Assembly: GCA_934463265.1 (NCBI GenBank) | Contig: CAKSIU010000003.1 | Location: 4,463 to 68,462 of the forward strand | DNA: 64,000 nt | Source: an uncultured Eubacteriales bacterium | GTDB taxonomy: Bacteria > Bacillota > Clostridia > Oscillospirales > Acutalibacteraceae | Direction of reading: 5' to 3' | In this document: one piece after another, positions 27,875 through 38,654 of the stretch | Numbering within the stretch: the stretch's first letter is position 1 | Layout: each line of letters starts with the position of its first letter | Notes under the pieces: generated by a model | Database searches by the model: none | What the model was told of the DNA's origin: nothing | The model's input: only the letters and a program-made list of their open reading frames with translations | Program-made: the position numbers and the translations under genes

Positions 27875-29152
27875 TTACTCCACAAATTCAAACTCAAAAT
27901 CGTATATATTTACCGTATCGCCTTCTTTTATGCCTGCATTTTGCAGCGCTTCCGAAACTCCTAACGTACCAAGCATTTTTTGAAAATATCTCAACGATTC
28001 ATAATCATCAAAATTAATTGACTGGATCAATCGTAAAACTTTATCTCCTGTTACAAAATAGGTTCCATCTTGATTTTTCACATCAATAACGTCGCTATTT
28101 TTCTCAAATAAATCTTTTGGTAATTGTTCTACTTCGTAAATAGTAATAGGTGGCAATTTTGCCAGCTGAGCCTCTATATACTGCATCAATACGTCCACAC
28201 CATGTTTTATCGGTGCCATTATTGGAAAAAATTTGTAACCTTTTGCCTCAACGTAATTTTTAAATTTTTCCACTTGCTCATCCGTAGCTAAATCGCATTT
28301 ATTTCCGGCAACTATCATTGGCCTTTCCGCCAAATCTTCATTAAATTTCTTTAATTCTCGATTTATTATCTCGAAATCTTCAGTCGGGCTGCGACCCTCG
28401 CTTCCAGAAATGTCCACAACATGAACCAATAATCTGCAACGCTCAACGTGTTTCAAAAATTGATGCCCTAAACCCAAGCCTTCTCCGGCTCCTTCGATTA
28501 AGCCAGGAATATCCGCAATCACAAACGAAGAGTCCTCGTACATTCTAACCACGCCCAACACCGGTGTTATTGTCGTAAAATGATAGTCCGCAATAACCGG
28601 TTTTGCCTGGCTTACAACGGATATCAGCGTAGATTTTCCAACATTCGGAAAGCCCACCAAACCTACATCTGCCAACAACTTTAACTCCAACTGAACTTCC
28701 AACTCATCGCCTTTTAAGCCTGGTTTTGCAAATCTTGGAACTTGTCTTGTTGGCGTTGCAAAGTGAATATTTCCGAAACCGCCTTTGCCACCTTTTGCTA
28801 TCACCACTTCTTCATCGGTTGAAATGTCCGCGATTATTTTTCCAGTCGTCAGCTCTCGTAAAATCGTTCCCTTTGGCACGTGAATCACCAAATTCGGCGC
28901 ACTTTTGCCAGAAGAACGTCCCGCTTTACCGTTTTCTCCATTTTTCGCAACATATTTTCTTTTATACCTGAAGTCCGCCAGCGTAGATAAATTACTGTCT
29001 GCGACGAAAATTATATCTCCGCCTTTTCCGCCGTCTCCACCATCCGGACCTCCCGCTGCTACATATTTTTCTCTATGAAACGAAACCGCTCCATTACCAC
29101 CATCTCCGGCCTTTAATTTTATTTTTGCAACGTCTATAAAAATAAAAATCAC
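27875..29152 (-). CDS. obg: GTPase Obg/CgtA
   Basis: FIDVAKIKLKAGDGGNG Obg fold, GFPNVGKST G1 motif, C-terminal OCT domain. The true start may be ATT 29143, 6 nt after AGGTG (giving MFIDVAK), rather than the track GTG 29152. Confidence 0.95.
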   Translation of the reverse strand: MIFIFIDVAKIKLKAGDGGNGAVSFHREKYVAAGGPDGGDGGKGGDIIFVADSNLSTLADFRYKRKYVAKNGENGKAGRSSGKSAPNLVIHVPKGTILRELTTGKIIADISTDEEVVIAKGGKGGFGNIHFATPTRQVPRFAKPGLKGDELEVQLELKLLADVGLVGFPNVGKSTLISVVSQAKPVIADYHFTTITPVLGVVRMYEDSSFVIADIPGLIEGAGEGLGLGHQFLKHVERCRLLVHVVDISGSEGRSPTEDFEIINRELKKFNEDLAERPMIVAGNKCDLATDEQVEKFKNYVEAKGYKFFPIMAPIKHGVDVLMQYIEAQLAKLPPITIYEVEQLPKDLFEKNSDVIDVKNQDGTYFVTGDKVLRLIQSINFDDYESLRYFQKMLGTLGVSEALQNAGIKEGDTVNIYDFEFEFVE

Positions 29153-29206
29153 CTGCTTTCCATTATATTTTTGCTAAAAATTTTCAAATTAACATTAAAA
29201 ACAAAT

Positions 29207-29243
29207 CACAAAAAGAACCCTAGGCATAGTTGACCTAAGGTTC
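29207..29243 (-). terminator. terminator/attenuator between rpmA and obg
   Basis: GAACCTTAGG..CCTAGGGTTC stem on the minus strand followed by TTTTTGTGATTT. Confidence 0.65.
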
Positions 29244-29281
29244 CTTACAAATTTTACTTATTTTTATTGTCAAAAAGTAAA

Positions 29282-29566
29282 TTATTGTTCAACAGCATAA
29301 ACGCAAACGCGCTTTCTGTCGCGACCAAAGCGCTCGAACTTTACTTTTCCGTCAATAAGTGCAAAAAGTGTATCGTCAGAACCTCGACCAACATTTTCGC
29401 CTGCATGAACATGAGTTCCTCTTTGTTTAACAAGGACATTTCCTGCACGCACAACTTGACCATCTGCACGTTTTACACCAAGACGTTTTGACTCAGAGTC
29501 ACGACCATTTTTAGTCGAACCCATACCTTTTTTATGTGCAAATAATTGAATATCTATTCTAAGCAT
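29282..29566 (-). CDS. rpmA: 50S ribosomal protein L27
   Basis: N-terminal propeptide [24 protein letters not shown] and the rest of L27. Confidence 0.97.
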   Translation of the reverse strand: MLRIDIQLFAHKKGMGSTKNGRDSESKRLGVKRADGQVVRAGNVLVKQRGTHVHAGENVGRGSDDTLFALIDGKVKFERFGRDRKRVCVYAVEQ

Positions 29567-29571
29567 ATCAG

Positions 29572-29895
29572 CTACACCTCCACATAATTCACCGTAATGT
29601 TTTCGGGATATTGCTCTTCCAAATTAATTAAATGAAGCTTTAATCCCGATAAAATATCGTTACATAAACTTGCGTTATTTTCGTTAATTTTCAGATGCAT
29701 CGCGCCAAATTCATTTACGCCGGCATCCACAGGCACTTTAATAATGTCGGAAATAGTATTCACGACAAAAAACGCCGCTGATGAAACTGCTGCACAAACT
29801 ACATCATGCCCGTGTTCATCATAATCTGCGTGACCGTAAATATCAAACCCAACCAAAAAACCTTTTTCGGTAGTTAAAAAATTTACATTTATCAT
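29572..29895 (-). CDS. prp: ribosomal-processing cysteine protease Prp
   Basis: 107 aa between rplU and rpmA. GHA...DVVCAAVS catalytic His/Cys pattern. Confidence 0.9.
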   Translation of the reverse strand: MINVNFLTTEKGFLVGFDIYGHADYDEHGHDVVCAAVSSAAFFVVNTISDIIKVPVDAGVNEFGAMHLKINENNASLCNDILSGLKLHLINLEEQYPENITVNYVEV

Positions 29896-29911
29896 ACACT
29901 AAGCTTAAAAA

Positions 29912-30217
29912 TTAAGCATTAATTGTTTCAATTTGCACTTTGGTATAAGGTTGTCTATGTCCGAGTTTACGTTTTTCGCTCTTTTTAGGTTTATAAGTGA
30001 AAACGGTAATTTTTTTGCCTTTACCATTTTTTAAAACCTTTCCTACTACTTTAGCAGAACTCACAGGATTTCCGGTAGTAACTTTGCCATCGCCAAAGAC
30101 AGCAATTGTTTTAAACTCTACATTTGAACCTTCTTCAGCCGTAAGCTTTTCAACATAAATCGTATCACCTTGTTGCACTTTATATTGCTTACCGCCTGTT
30201 TCTATAACTGCATACAT
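29912..30217 (-). CDS. rplU: 50S ribosomal protein L21
   Basis: [18 protein letters not shown]... canonical L21. Confidence 0.97.
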   Translation of the reverse strand: MYAVIETGGKQYKVQQGDTIYVEKLTAEEGSNVEFKTIAVFGDGKVTTGNPVSSAKVVGKVLKNGKGKKITVFTYKPKKSEKRKLGHRQPYTKVQIETINA

Positions 30218-30330
30218 AATATTTTGGCACCTGCCCTTTTACAAAAGTCTCGCTACTGATAGGTGAATTTTGCAATTCTTTATACGACCCACAATAAGCG
30301 GCTTAATAATGGTAACACACAAAGAAACAT
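30218..30330 (-). promoter_or_regulatory. rplU 5' leader (possible L21-leader element) with promoter
   Basis: The minus strand has TTGACA-17-TACCAT, then about 90 nt containing a CACCT...AGGTG stem just before the RBS. The sequence-level match to the L21 leader could not be verified by eye. Confidence 0.3.
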
Positions 30331-30375
30331 TTGTCAAACAAAAATTTATTTTTAATTCGTGCGCCGAATTCTTGA

Positions 30376-30403
30376 TTGACAAATTTAAAATTTTTGATAA
30401 AAT
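30376..30403 (+). promoter_or_regulatory. sigma-A promoter of the tyrS T-box leader
   Basis: TTGACA (30376-30381), 16-nt spacer, TGaTAAAAT. Confidence 0.65.
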
Positions 30404-30411
30404 ATTAAATA

Positions 30412-30668
30412 ATAGCTGTGAAAAGAAGAAGTAATTTGGACAAACCTCTTAAGAGAGTCTGCGGTTGCTGCGAGCAGATGAGGTTACCTTTTGAAATACA
30501 TCTTGGAGCTGCTGCTTTGAATTTTTTAGTAGAAGCAGTCGGGTTGTGTACGTTATAACACCGGGCAAAATTTAGTTTTGTTCATGAGGCTGTAACCGCA
30601 AGGTTATGGTAAATTGAGGTGGTACCACGAATTTTTCGTCCTCTGTTTTCAGAGGGCTTTTTTGTTTT
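30412..30668 (+). promoter_or_regulatory. T-box riboswitch, tyrosine specifier
   Basis: T-box sequence AAATTGAGGTGGTACCACG (30611-30629). Specifier-loop GAAA-UAC-A with UAC at 30497-30499. AGAGA motif in stem I. Terminator CGTCCTCTG-TTTT-CAGAGGGC plus T-run at 30637-30668. tyrS lies downstream. Confidence 0.9.
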
Positions 30669-30704
30669 CATAATAATAATTTTGATTTTGAAAGGATGAT
30701 TTTT

Positions 30705-31946
30705 ATGGGAGTTTTTGAATCTTTACAGGAACGCGGATTAATTGCTCAGACAACAAACGAAGAAAAAATTAAAAATTTGCTCAATAATCAAAAAATTAAG
30801 TTTTACATCGGGTTTGACCCTACTGCGGACAGCTTGCACGTTGGAAGCTTTGTTCAAATAATGGTTATGGCGCATTTGCAAAAAGCCGGTCACACGCCAA
30901 TTGTACTTTTTGGCGGAGGCACTGGCTTAATTGGAGACCCTAGCGGTAAGACTGATATGCGTAAAATGCTAAGTTGTGAAATTATTTCACATAATGTAAA
31001 CTGCTTCAAAAAACAAATGTCTCGGCTGATTGACTTTTCTGACAACAAAGCCATAATGGTAAACAATGCTGACTGGCTTTCTAACCTTAATTATATCGAT
31101 TTTTTACGTGACGTTGGTGTTCATTTTTCGGTAAACAGAATGCTTTCTTTCGAGTGTTACAAGCAACGTCTTGAAAGGGGATTATCCTTCTTTGAACTGA
31201 ATTATATGCTTATGCAAAGTTACGACTTTCTCGTTTTAAACAGAAAATACGGTTGCGTTTTAGAACTTGGCGGCGATGACCAATGGAGTAATATCATCGG
31301 AGGCGTTGAGCTTGTTAGGAAAAAGGAAAATAAAGAAGTTTTTGGCATGACTTTTTCGCTTTTAACCAACAGCGAAGGCAAAAAAATGGGCAAAACCGAG
31401 CACGGTGCAATTTGGCTGGATGCAAATAAAACTTCCCCTTACGATTTCTATCAATACTGGCGCAATATTGACGATAAAGACGTCATTAAGTGCCTTAAAA
31501 TGCTGACATTTTTGCCAATTAAAGATATTAATGAATTAGCAAAGCTTGAAGGTCAAGAGTTAAACAGGGCAAAAGAAATTTTAGCCTTTGAAGTCACCTC
31601 TTTAATTCACGGCAAAGACGAGGCTATAAAAGTTCAAAATGCTGCCAAGGCTATATTCTGTTCCGGCCAAAATACCGATAATATGCCGTTTACAGAAATT
31701 AATTCCGATTTATTTTCTGATAATAAAATTTCTGTTATAGAATTATTAATTGCTGCGAAATTAGTTCCGTCAAAAGGTGAAGCCCGACGTTTAATAAAAC
31801 AAGGCGGCATTTCAGTTTTATTGAAAAACAATACTAAAAAAATTCAAAGTATCACTGAAACCTTAGATTTTTCCGATTTCGACTACAATTTTGTTATAAT
31901 AAAAAAAGGGAAAAAAACTTTTCATAAAATTATTTTAAAAAATTAG
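30705..31946 (+). CDS. tyrS: tyrosine--tRNA ligase
   Basis: HVGSF (HIGH-type) and KMGKT (KMSKS-type) motifs, C-terminal S4 domain. ATG 30705 is better spaced from GAAAGGA than ATG 30696. Confidence 0.95.
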   Translation: MGVFESLQERGLIAQTTNEEKIKNLLNNQKIKFYIGFDPTADSLHVGSFVQIMVMAHLQKAGHTPIVLFGGGTGLIGDPSGKTDMRKMLSCEIISHNVNCFKKQMSRLIDFSDNKAIMVNNADWLSNLNYIDFLRDVGVHFSVNRMLSFECYKQRLERGLSFFELNYMLMQSYDFLVLNRKYGCVLELGGDDQWSNIIGGVELVRKKENKEVFGMTFSLLTNSEGKKMGKTEHGAIWLDANKTSPYDFYQYWRNIDDKDVIKCLKMLTFLPIKDINELAKLEGQELNRAKEILAFEVTSLIHGKDEAIKVQNAAKAIFCSGQNTDNMPFTEINSDLFSDNKISVIELLIAAKLVPSKGEARRLIKQGGISVLLKNNTKKIQSITETLDFSDFDYNFVIIKKGKKTFHKIILKN

Positions 31947-32084
31947 AATTTACCCAAAATAGCGTCTGTTTATGCGGGATTTTCTCGCTAAGCAGGCGAT
32001 ATATTTTTTCATACATTTGTTTAGATAAATACTTGAAAAAACTTGCACTAAATGATAAAATTAAGTGTATTTTAAATAAAGTGG

Positions 32085-34142
32085 GTGCACATATTGAAAA
32101 TTAAAAATTGGAGCTTATCTAAGTTAAACAAAACCAATGCTCAAAAGATAGCTTGCCAAAATAATATACCTTTTTTCCTCGCAATGATGTTGGATGTGAG
32201 AAATATCGTCGATGAAAAATGTATACGAGAATTACTATCGGATGAATTTGACGTTTCAAATCCATTTGATTTTATAGATATGGACAAAGCTGTAAACCGA
32301 ATTCAAGAAGCGATTAATAACGGAGAAAAAATTTGCGTTTACGGCGATTACGATGCGGATGGCGTAACTTCTACGGCATTACTGTATTTATATCTTGAAA
32401 ACTGTGGCGCAAATGTAATTTATTATATTCCGGACAGAAACAGTGAAGGTTACGGATTGAATTTTTCTGCCGTTGATAAGCTTTTTGCAGAAAAAATTTC
32501 GCTAATTGTTACTGTTGACAACGGCATCTCAGCCTTTGACGAAGTGGCTTATGCAAAATCTTTGGGAATCGACACTGTAATCACAGACCACCATCAGCCT
32601 CCAGAACTTCTCCCTCACGCTGTTGCAATCGTCGACCCGCATAGAGCTGATTGCAAAAGTTCTTTTAAAAATCTTGCCGGAGTCGGCGTAGTTTTTAAAT
32701 TAGTCTGCGCGCTAGAAGGCTCTACGGCGGACGTTGAATTTATTCTTGAGAATTACTCAGACTTAATCTTAATAGGTACTGTCGGCGATGTCGTACCCCT
32801 TACCGGCGAAAATAGATATCTGGTGCGGCAAGGATTAAAATACATAAAAAACACAAATAATTTAGGAATCCAAGAAATTTTAAGCTTAGCAAAACTTACC
32901 GAAAAACCTGTTAACTCAACAAGCATTGCTTTCAATGTTGTGCCTAGAATCAACGCCTCCGGACGGCTGAGCTTTTCTAAAAAATTGGTGCAACTTTTAA
33001 CCTCAGAAAATCAGTTGGAAGTCCAAAACATAGCCGCTCAGGTGGAAGATGATAATGTAAATCGCAAGGAAACTGAAAATGAAATTTTGCTGCAGGCTGA
33101 AGAACTTTTAAAAAATGAACCGGAACGAACTTATCAAAGAGTTTTAATTGTAGAGGGCGAAAACTGGCACCCCGGAGTAATAGGAATCGTTGCTGCAAGA
33201 CTGTTGGAAAGATACGGTAAGCCAACTATCGTGATTTCAAAAATGGGCGACGTCGCAAGAGGTTCGTGCCGAAGTATCGAAGGATTTTCTTTGTATGAAG
33301 CTATTAAAACTTGTGCTGAATATCTAATACGATTTGGCGGACACCCTTTGGCGGCCGGGTTTGAATTAAAATGCGATGATTTAAATAAATTAAAAAATGA
33401 CATCAACAAATTTGCGAAGAATTTTGGTATCATTCCGTGTCTTACCTTAAATATTGATTGTAAATTAAATCCGGAAGCACTCAGTTTAGATTTAATCGAG
33501 CAGTTGGAACCTCTTGAACCTTTTGGGAAGGATAATCCGGAGTTTACTTTTGGGTTGTATAATATGAAAATCTGCGATATTACCTTCGTCGGTGCAGAAA
33601 AAAATCACTTGCGCTTGACTTTATCAAGAAATAATCATAAAATCACTGCAATGAAATTTTTTACCACGGCACAAGATTTTTCTTATGAATTCGGCGATGA
33701 AGTGGATTTGGCAGTTAAGTTATCTAAATCGGAGTTCAGAGGTCAAGAAAGCCTGACCTTGATTATAGATGACATTAAATTTTCCGGTTTGGACAACAAA
33801 GAGCTAATCGATGAGCAAAGAATTTATGAGTCGATAAAAAGAAAGGAACAGGTAAATTCAAGACTTATTCAAGAACATATCCCCACTCGAAGTGATTTTT
33901 CTGTTTTATATAAGTTCTTAAAAGCAAAAAATCTAATTAATATGGATATTTCTGTACTTTATTATAGATTAAAAGATTCTAAAATCAGCTTCTGTAAACT
34001 ACTTATTATGCTCGATGCAATGTCTGAATGTGGACTTATTAATGTGCAAACAATCGCTGATATGTATTCGATAAATGTTAACCCAGTAAATGGCAAAGTA
34101 GACCTTGAATCTTCTGTTATTATGAAATTTTTGAGGAAATGA
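32085..34142 (+). CDS. recJ: single-stranded-DNA-specific exonuclease RecJ
   Basis: DHH motifs (VYGDYDADGVTS, TVDNG, VITDHH) and DHHA1 (GGHPLAAG). The start may be TTG 32094. Confidence 0.9.
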   Translation: MHILKIKNWSLSKLNKTNAQKIACQNNIPFFLAMMLDVRNIVDEKCIRELLSDEFDVSNPFDFIDMDKAVNRIQEAINNGEKICVYGDYDADGVTSTALLYLYLENCGANVIYYIPDRNSEGYGLNFSAVDKLFAEKISLIVTVDNGISAFDEVAYAKSLGIDTVITDHHQPPELLPHAVAIVDPHRADCKSSFKNLAGVGVVFKLVCALEGSTADVEFILENYSDLILIGTVGDVVPLTGENRYLVRQGLKYIKNTNNLGIQEILSLAKLTEKPVNSTSIAFNVVPRINASGRLSFSKKLVQLLTSENQLEVQNIAAQVEDDNVNRKETENEILLQAEELLKNEPERTYQRVLIVEGENWHPGVIGIVAARLLERYGKPTIVISKMGDVARGSCRSIEGFSLYEAIKTCAEYLIRFGGHPLAAGFELKCDDLNKLKNDINKFAKNFGIIPCLTLNIDCKLNPEALSLDLIEQLEPLEPFGKDNPEFTFGLYNMKICDITFVGAEKNHLRLTLSRNNHKITAMKFFTTAQDFSYEFGDEVDLAVKLSKSEFRGQESLTLIIDDIKFSGLDNKELIDEQRIYESIKRKEQVNSRLIQEHIPTRSDFSVLYKFLKAKNLINMDISVLYYRLKDSKISFCKLLIMLDAMSECGLINVQTIADMYSINVNPVNGKVDLESSVIMKFLRK

Positions 34143-34152
34143 GACGATTATA

Positions 34153-36342
34153 ATGAAAGCTTTTTATAATGACTACGAGCAATTAAAAGATGATATATCG
34201 GCCTGCAATAAAAATTTTGATTTGGAATTAATCGACAAAGCTTATAATTTAGCACTGGACGCTCATGGAAATCAAAGACGAATATCAGGAATTCCTTACA
34301 TTTTGCATCCAACATCGGTTGCGTGTATACTTGTTGAACTGGGTATGGACACTCAGTCAATAGTAGCGGCACTTTTGCACGACGTCGTTGAAGACACTGC
34401 ATACACTGTTTCGGATATAGAAAAAATTTTCGGAAAAGAAATAGCTAACTTAGTCGACGGCGTAACAAAACTTGGAAAAATCCCCTACTCTTCGCAGGAA
34501 GAACAACAGGCTGAAAATCTTAGAAAAATGTTGATTGCAATGGCTGAAGATATTCGCGTTATAATAATAAAACTCGCCGACAGACTGCATAATATGCGAA
34601 CAATAGAGTGCATGGAGCCTCAAAAAAGACGTGACAAAGCTAGAGAAAACATGGAAGTTTATGCTCCAATCGCTCATCGACTAGGTATTCGTACGATAAA
34701 AGAGGAACTCGAGGATTTGTCACTTAAATATCTCGACCCCGTTGCGTATAAGGAAATAGAAGATGAACTTGAGCTTGGTAAAGAGGACAGAGAACATCTT
34801 TTGGCCATTATAAAAAGAAGAATCGAACAAAAACTTTCACCTGTTATTCCGGATCTGCACCTCGAGGGCCGAGTGAAAAGTATAAATGGAATATATCGTA
34901 AGGTTTTTATAAAAAATCGGCTCATGGAGGAAATTTATGACATATATGCCGTCAGAGTTATAGTAAATACCGTAAATGACTGCTATAATATTCTCGGAAT
35001 CATTCACGAAGCTTTTCGACCAATTCCAAACCGATTTAAAGATTATATTTCTACCCCAAAACCAAATATGTATCAATCGCTTCACACCACCGTTATCGGA
35101 AAAGAAGGCATTCCTTTCGAGGTGCAGATTCGTACTTGGGAAATGCACCGTCTGGCTGAATATGGAATCGCAGCGCACTGGAAATATAAGCTCGGGCTTA
35201 AGAGCAAAAAGGACTCTCTTGATGAAAGTTTAGCCTGGATTCGGAATATGCTTGAAAATCAAAGTGAAAACGGTGATGCTGGTGATATTGTTAGAATGAT
35301 AAAGTCTGACTTGGCGCCGGAAGAAGTTTTTGTTCTCACACCGCGCGGAGATGTTATAAACTTGCCAATGGGAGCCACAGTTATCGACTTTGCTTATGCT
35401 ATACACACAGAAGTCGGAAATCACATGATTGGCGCGAAAGTTGATAAAAGAATTGTTCCAATCGATTATAAAGTGAAAACCGGCCAAATTGTAGAAATCC
35501 TTACTACAAAAGAAAGAAGTCGTGGACCAAGTCGAGACTGGTTAAAAATTGTAAAAACTAGTGAAGCAAGAAGTAAAATTAGACAATGGTTTAAACGTGA
35601 AAGACGTGAAGAAAATCTTGCTCAAGGCAAAATTGAAATTGAGCGAGAATTTGATAGACTTGGTATAAGGCTTAATGAAGCGCAAATGAAAGACTTTTTA
35701 ATGTCTATTGCAAAAACACATCGCTGCGAAACAATAGACAAATTTTATGAGACAATTGGTTATGGTGGCATACTTTTAAGCCGAATAATGCCGAGGATTA
35801 AGGATGAATATAATAAATTAAAGCAAAAAAACGAACCATTAGCTGAAAACTTTATGGCAAAAAAAGAAGCTCACCTTGAGAAAAAGCCTGGTGTAAAGGG
35901 GGTAATTATCGATGGAATTGAAAATTGTCTTGTAAAATTTTCAAAATGCTGTAACCCCATTCCCGGAGATAAAATTATTGGTTTTATTACACGTGGTTAT
36001 GGTGTTTCTTTGCACAAAAGAAACTGTAAAAATGTGCCTTCGGACATAAAAAAATCGCCTGAACCAAATCGTTGGGTTCACGCATACTGGGCAAACAGTG
36101 CAAAAGAAGAATTTAATTGTGATATAAAAATAATTGCATTAGATAAAGCCAGCATTATTGCAGAAATTACTATGCAGTTTTCATATATGCACGTGGAAAT
36201 TCAGTCGTTTAACCTCAATAAAGCCAAAGACGGAAAATCTCAAATTTATATGTCGATATTGGTCAAGAATATGGAACATTTGAAGTCTGTGATGTCCAAA
36301 ATTTCAAAAATAAACGGTGTAATTTCTGTAGATAGAGCTTAG
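34153..36342 (+). CDS. relA: bifunctional (p)ppGpp synthetase/hydrolase (RelA/SpoT homologue)
   Basis: 729 aa. HD domain (HPTSVA..LHDVVEDT), synthetase (YRSLHT-like: MYQSLHTTV), TGS and ACT domains. Confidence 0.95.
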   Translation: MKAFYNDYEQLKDDISACNKNFDLELIDKAYNLALDAHGNQRRISGIPYILHPTSVACILVELGMDTQSIVAALLHDVVEDTAYTVSDIEKIFGKEIANLVDGVTKLGKIPYSSQEEQQAENLRKMLIAMAEDIRVIIIKLADRLHNMRTIECMEPQKRRDKARENMEVYAPIAHRLGIRTIKEELEDLSLKYLDPVAYKEIEDELELGKEDREHLLAIIKRRIEQKLSPVIPDLHLEGRVKSINGIYRKVFIKNRLMEEIYDIYAVRVIVNTVNDCYNILGIIHEAFRPIPNRFKDYISTPKPNMYQSLHTTVIGKEGIPFEVQIRTWEMHRLAEYGIAAHWKYKLGLKSKKDSLDESLAWIRNMLENQSENGDAGDIVRMIKSDLAPEEVFVLTPRGDVINLPMGATVIDFAYAIHTEVGNHMIGAKVDKRIVPIDYKVKTGQIVEILTTKERSRGPSRDWLKIVKTSEARSKIRQWFKRERREENLAQGKIEIEREFDRLGIRLNEAQMKDFLMSIAKTHRCETIDKFYETIGYGGILLSRIMPRIKDEYNKLKQKNEPLAENFMAKKEAHLEKKPGVKGVIIDGIENCLVKFSKCCNPIPGDKIIGFITRGYGVSLHKRNCKNVPSDIKKSPEPNRWVHAYWANSAKEEFNCDIKIIALDKASIIAEITMQFSYMHVEIQSFNLNKAKDGKSQIYMSILVKNMEHLKSVMSKISKINGVISVDRA

Positions 36343-36359
36343 CAAAAGGAGATATACTC

Positions 36360-36980
36360 ATGTTAGCTGTAGAAAAATTCAAAGTAGGTCCGCTAGAAAC
36401 AAATTGTTACTTTATAACGGACAAAAATACAAAAAAATCTGCAATTATAGACCCCGGAGGAATTTCTGCGGAATTAGATGCAAAAATTGATGTAATTGGA
36501 AAAGAAAATATCGAATATATATTGATGACACATGGGCACTTTGACCATATAAGAAAAGCTCCTCGATATCAAAAATTAACCGAAGCTAAATTAGTCATAG
36601 GTGCTAAAGAAGCGGATTTTACCAAAGATAGACATCTTAATCTTTGCAGAATCCCTCTTGCACCTTTTGATGTTGATATCTTAGTAAACGATGAAGACAT
36701 AATCACTTTAGGTGAAACCAAAATAAAGGTTATCGCCACACCAGGGCATACCGTTGGCGGAGTTTGTTTCATAGCGGACGATAACTTGTTTTCGGGTGAT
36801 ACAATTATGAAAGGAACCGTTGGTCGCTGTGACCTTAAAACTGGAAATTTTGAACAAATGAAAAATTCTATTTTAAAAATTACAGCATTAACTGAAAATT
36901 ATAAAATTTACCCTGGCCATGGAGATACTTCCACGCTTAATGAAGAAAAAGAAAATAACTTTTATTTAAAAAGGAGGTAG
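36360..36980 (+). CDS. MBL-fold metallo-hydrolase
   Basis: 206 aa. THGHFDH motif, later PGHT and GD. Confidence 0.8.
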   Translation: MLAVEKFKVGPLETNCYFITDKNTKKSAIIDPGGISAELDAKIDVIGKENIEYILMTHGHFDHIRKAPRYQKLTEAKLVIGAKEADFTKDRHLNLCRIPLAPFDVDILVNDEDIITLGETKIKVIATPGHTVGGVCFIADDNLFSGDTIMKGTVGRCDLKTGNFEQMKNSILKITALTENYKIYPGHGDTSTLNEEKENNFYLKRR

Positions 36981-37081
36981 CTTACATTTACATATTTTTA
37001 TTGTGGCTTTTTAATTTGAATAGAACAATTTTTATAATGTGAACATAAATTATTGAAAAAAGATAAGGTGTTGATTTTTTT

Positions 37082-38026
37082 ATGACAATTTTCGAGAATT
37101 ATTTTGAAAAAGATGGTTGGACTTTGAAAAAAATAAATGAAGATGCCCAAAAACATCCAAAAGAGTTTGTAAATTATATAGAAAAAACTTTTGAAAAACA
37201 GATAAAAGAAACTGTCGATTATATTGAAAAGAAACGTTCGGAATGCAAAATATTAATGATATCTGGGCCATCGTCAAGCGGAAAAACGACAACTGCAAAT
37301 ATGATTAAAGATGAATTAATGCGCCGAAATATTTGGACTACAGTGATTTCACTTGACGATTTTTATGTTGGAATTGCACGCCTACCATTGCTAAAAGATG
37401 GCTCAAAAGATTTTGAATCTATAAACGGACTGGACATAGAGCAAGTAAAGAAATCAATAAAAGGGATCGTTTACGAAGGCTTTTGTGATATGCCAATATA
37501 CGACTTCTCTACTATGGCACCATCTACTAAGCGAAGACAAATAAAGTTACCTGAAAATGGAATGATAATAATTGAAGGATTACACGCATTAAACCCGATA
37601 ATTACAGAAGGATTGCCACTTGATAGTGTATTTAAAATTTATGTAAGCGTAGAAAACGGTGTAAAGTTGGATGATGAAATGATTATTTCACCAAAATCAA
37701 TAAGGCTTACACGTCGAGTCTTAAGAGATTTTTACTTCCGCGACACTTCCGCAGAACGTACTATTTTGATGTGGAATAACGTTTGTCGAGGTGAAAATCT
37801 TTATATTAAACCGTTACAAGCTGAAAGTAATATTGCAATAAACACATTTCACGCCTATGAACTTTGTGTAATGGGCTCTCAAATGATAGAATTATGCAGT
37901 TCTGTTTCAAAAGACTTAGAAATATATGATGCTATAAAACGCTTATGCAGCAAATTAGCAAAATTTGAAACAATTGACGATTTATTAGTGCCAAAAACTT
38001 CATTATTGAAAGAATTTATAAAATAA
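37082..38026 (+). CDS. uridine kinase-family nucleoside kinase-like protein
   Basis: 314 aa. P-loop ISGPSSSGKTTTA, IIIEGLHALNP. Confidence 0.65.
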   Translation: MTIFENYFEKDGWTLKKINEDAQKHPKEFVNYIEKTFEKQIKETVDYIEKKRSECKILMISGPSSSGKTTTANMIKDELMRRNIWTTVISLDDFYVGIARLPLLKDGSKDFESINGLDIEQVKKSIKGIVYEGFCDMPIYDFSTMAPSTKRRQIKLPENGMIIIEGLHALNPIITEGLPLDSVFKIYVSVENGVKLDDEMIISPKSIRLTRRVLRDFYFRDTSAERTILMWNNVCRGENLYIKPLQAESNIAINTFHAYELCVMGSQMIELCSSVSKDLEIYDAIKRLCSKLAKFETIDDLLVPKTSLLKEFIK

Positions 38027-38108
38027 AGTTGTATTCGGGCGATTTTACTTGATTTTTGTTGCACAATGAAGTATTCTTTTTAGTGCATTAAAAATTAAGG
38101 AGACCAAA

Positions 38109-38636
38109 ATGCGATTATATGTAAAAAATCAGACAATTGAAAAAATTGTGATAACAGCCATCATAGCTGCGTTATACGTCGTTTTAACATCTATTTCCGG
38201 CATATTTGGATTGTCTTACTCTGGGATACAGTTTAGGCTCTCTGAAGCATTAACAATTTTGCCGGTATTTTCACCTTATGCCATAACTGGCCTTACTTTG
38301 GGATGCTTTATTTCAAATTTGTCTAGTCCTTTCGGAATAGTAGACCTAATTTTCGGCACGCTATCAACATTCATCTCAGCTTACCTTACAAGAATGCTTG
38401 CTAATGTAACTTTTAAAAAGATTCCTGTACTATCTCCCCTACCTCCCATAATTATCGGTGCGACATTTATCGGTGCAATTTTGGCTTTTTTATTGCCACA
38501 AAAATTTAACTTCAGCACATTCATATTTTTCGCATTGAGTGTAGGTATCGGTCAATTTGTCATTTGTTACGGTCTGGGAATACCACTGTTCATTTTGATA
38601 AATAAGTTGAAAATCTTTGAAAATACAGAACTTTAA
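38109..38636 (+). CDS. queT: QueT-family queuosine-precursor transporter
   Basis: 175 aa. IIAALYVVLT..GLSYSGIQFRLSEALTILP.. pattern and five TM helices typical of QueT. Confidence 0.7.
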   Translation: MRLYVKNQTIEKIVITAIIAALYVVLTSISGIFGLSYSGIQFRLSEALTILPVFSPYAITGLTLGCFISNLSSPFGIVDLIFGTLSTFISAYLTRMLANVTFKKIPVLSPLPPIIIGATFIGAILAFLLPQKFNFSTFIFFALSVGIGQFVICYGLGIPLFILINKLKIFENTEL

Positions 38637-38654
38637 TATAGGAGGGCTTTTTAA

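Noticed and set aside
38027-38108. Possible preQ1-I riboswitch upstream of queT (hairpin TGCAC..GTGCA followed by TTAAAAATTAAGG overlapping the RBS)
   Set aside because: The loop is 18 nt and lacks a segment complementary to the A-rich tail, so the P2 pseudoknot cannot form. The conserved ..AAAAAACUA tail C is also absent. It resembles the motif only superficially and would need an Infernal scan to revive.
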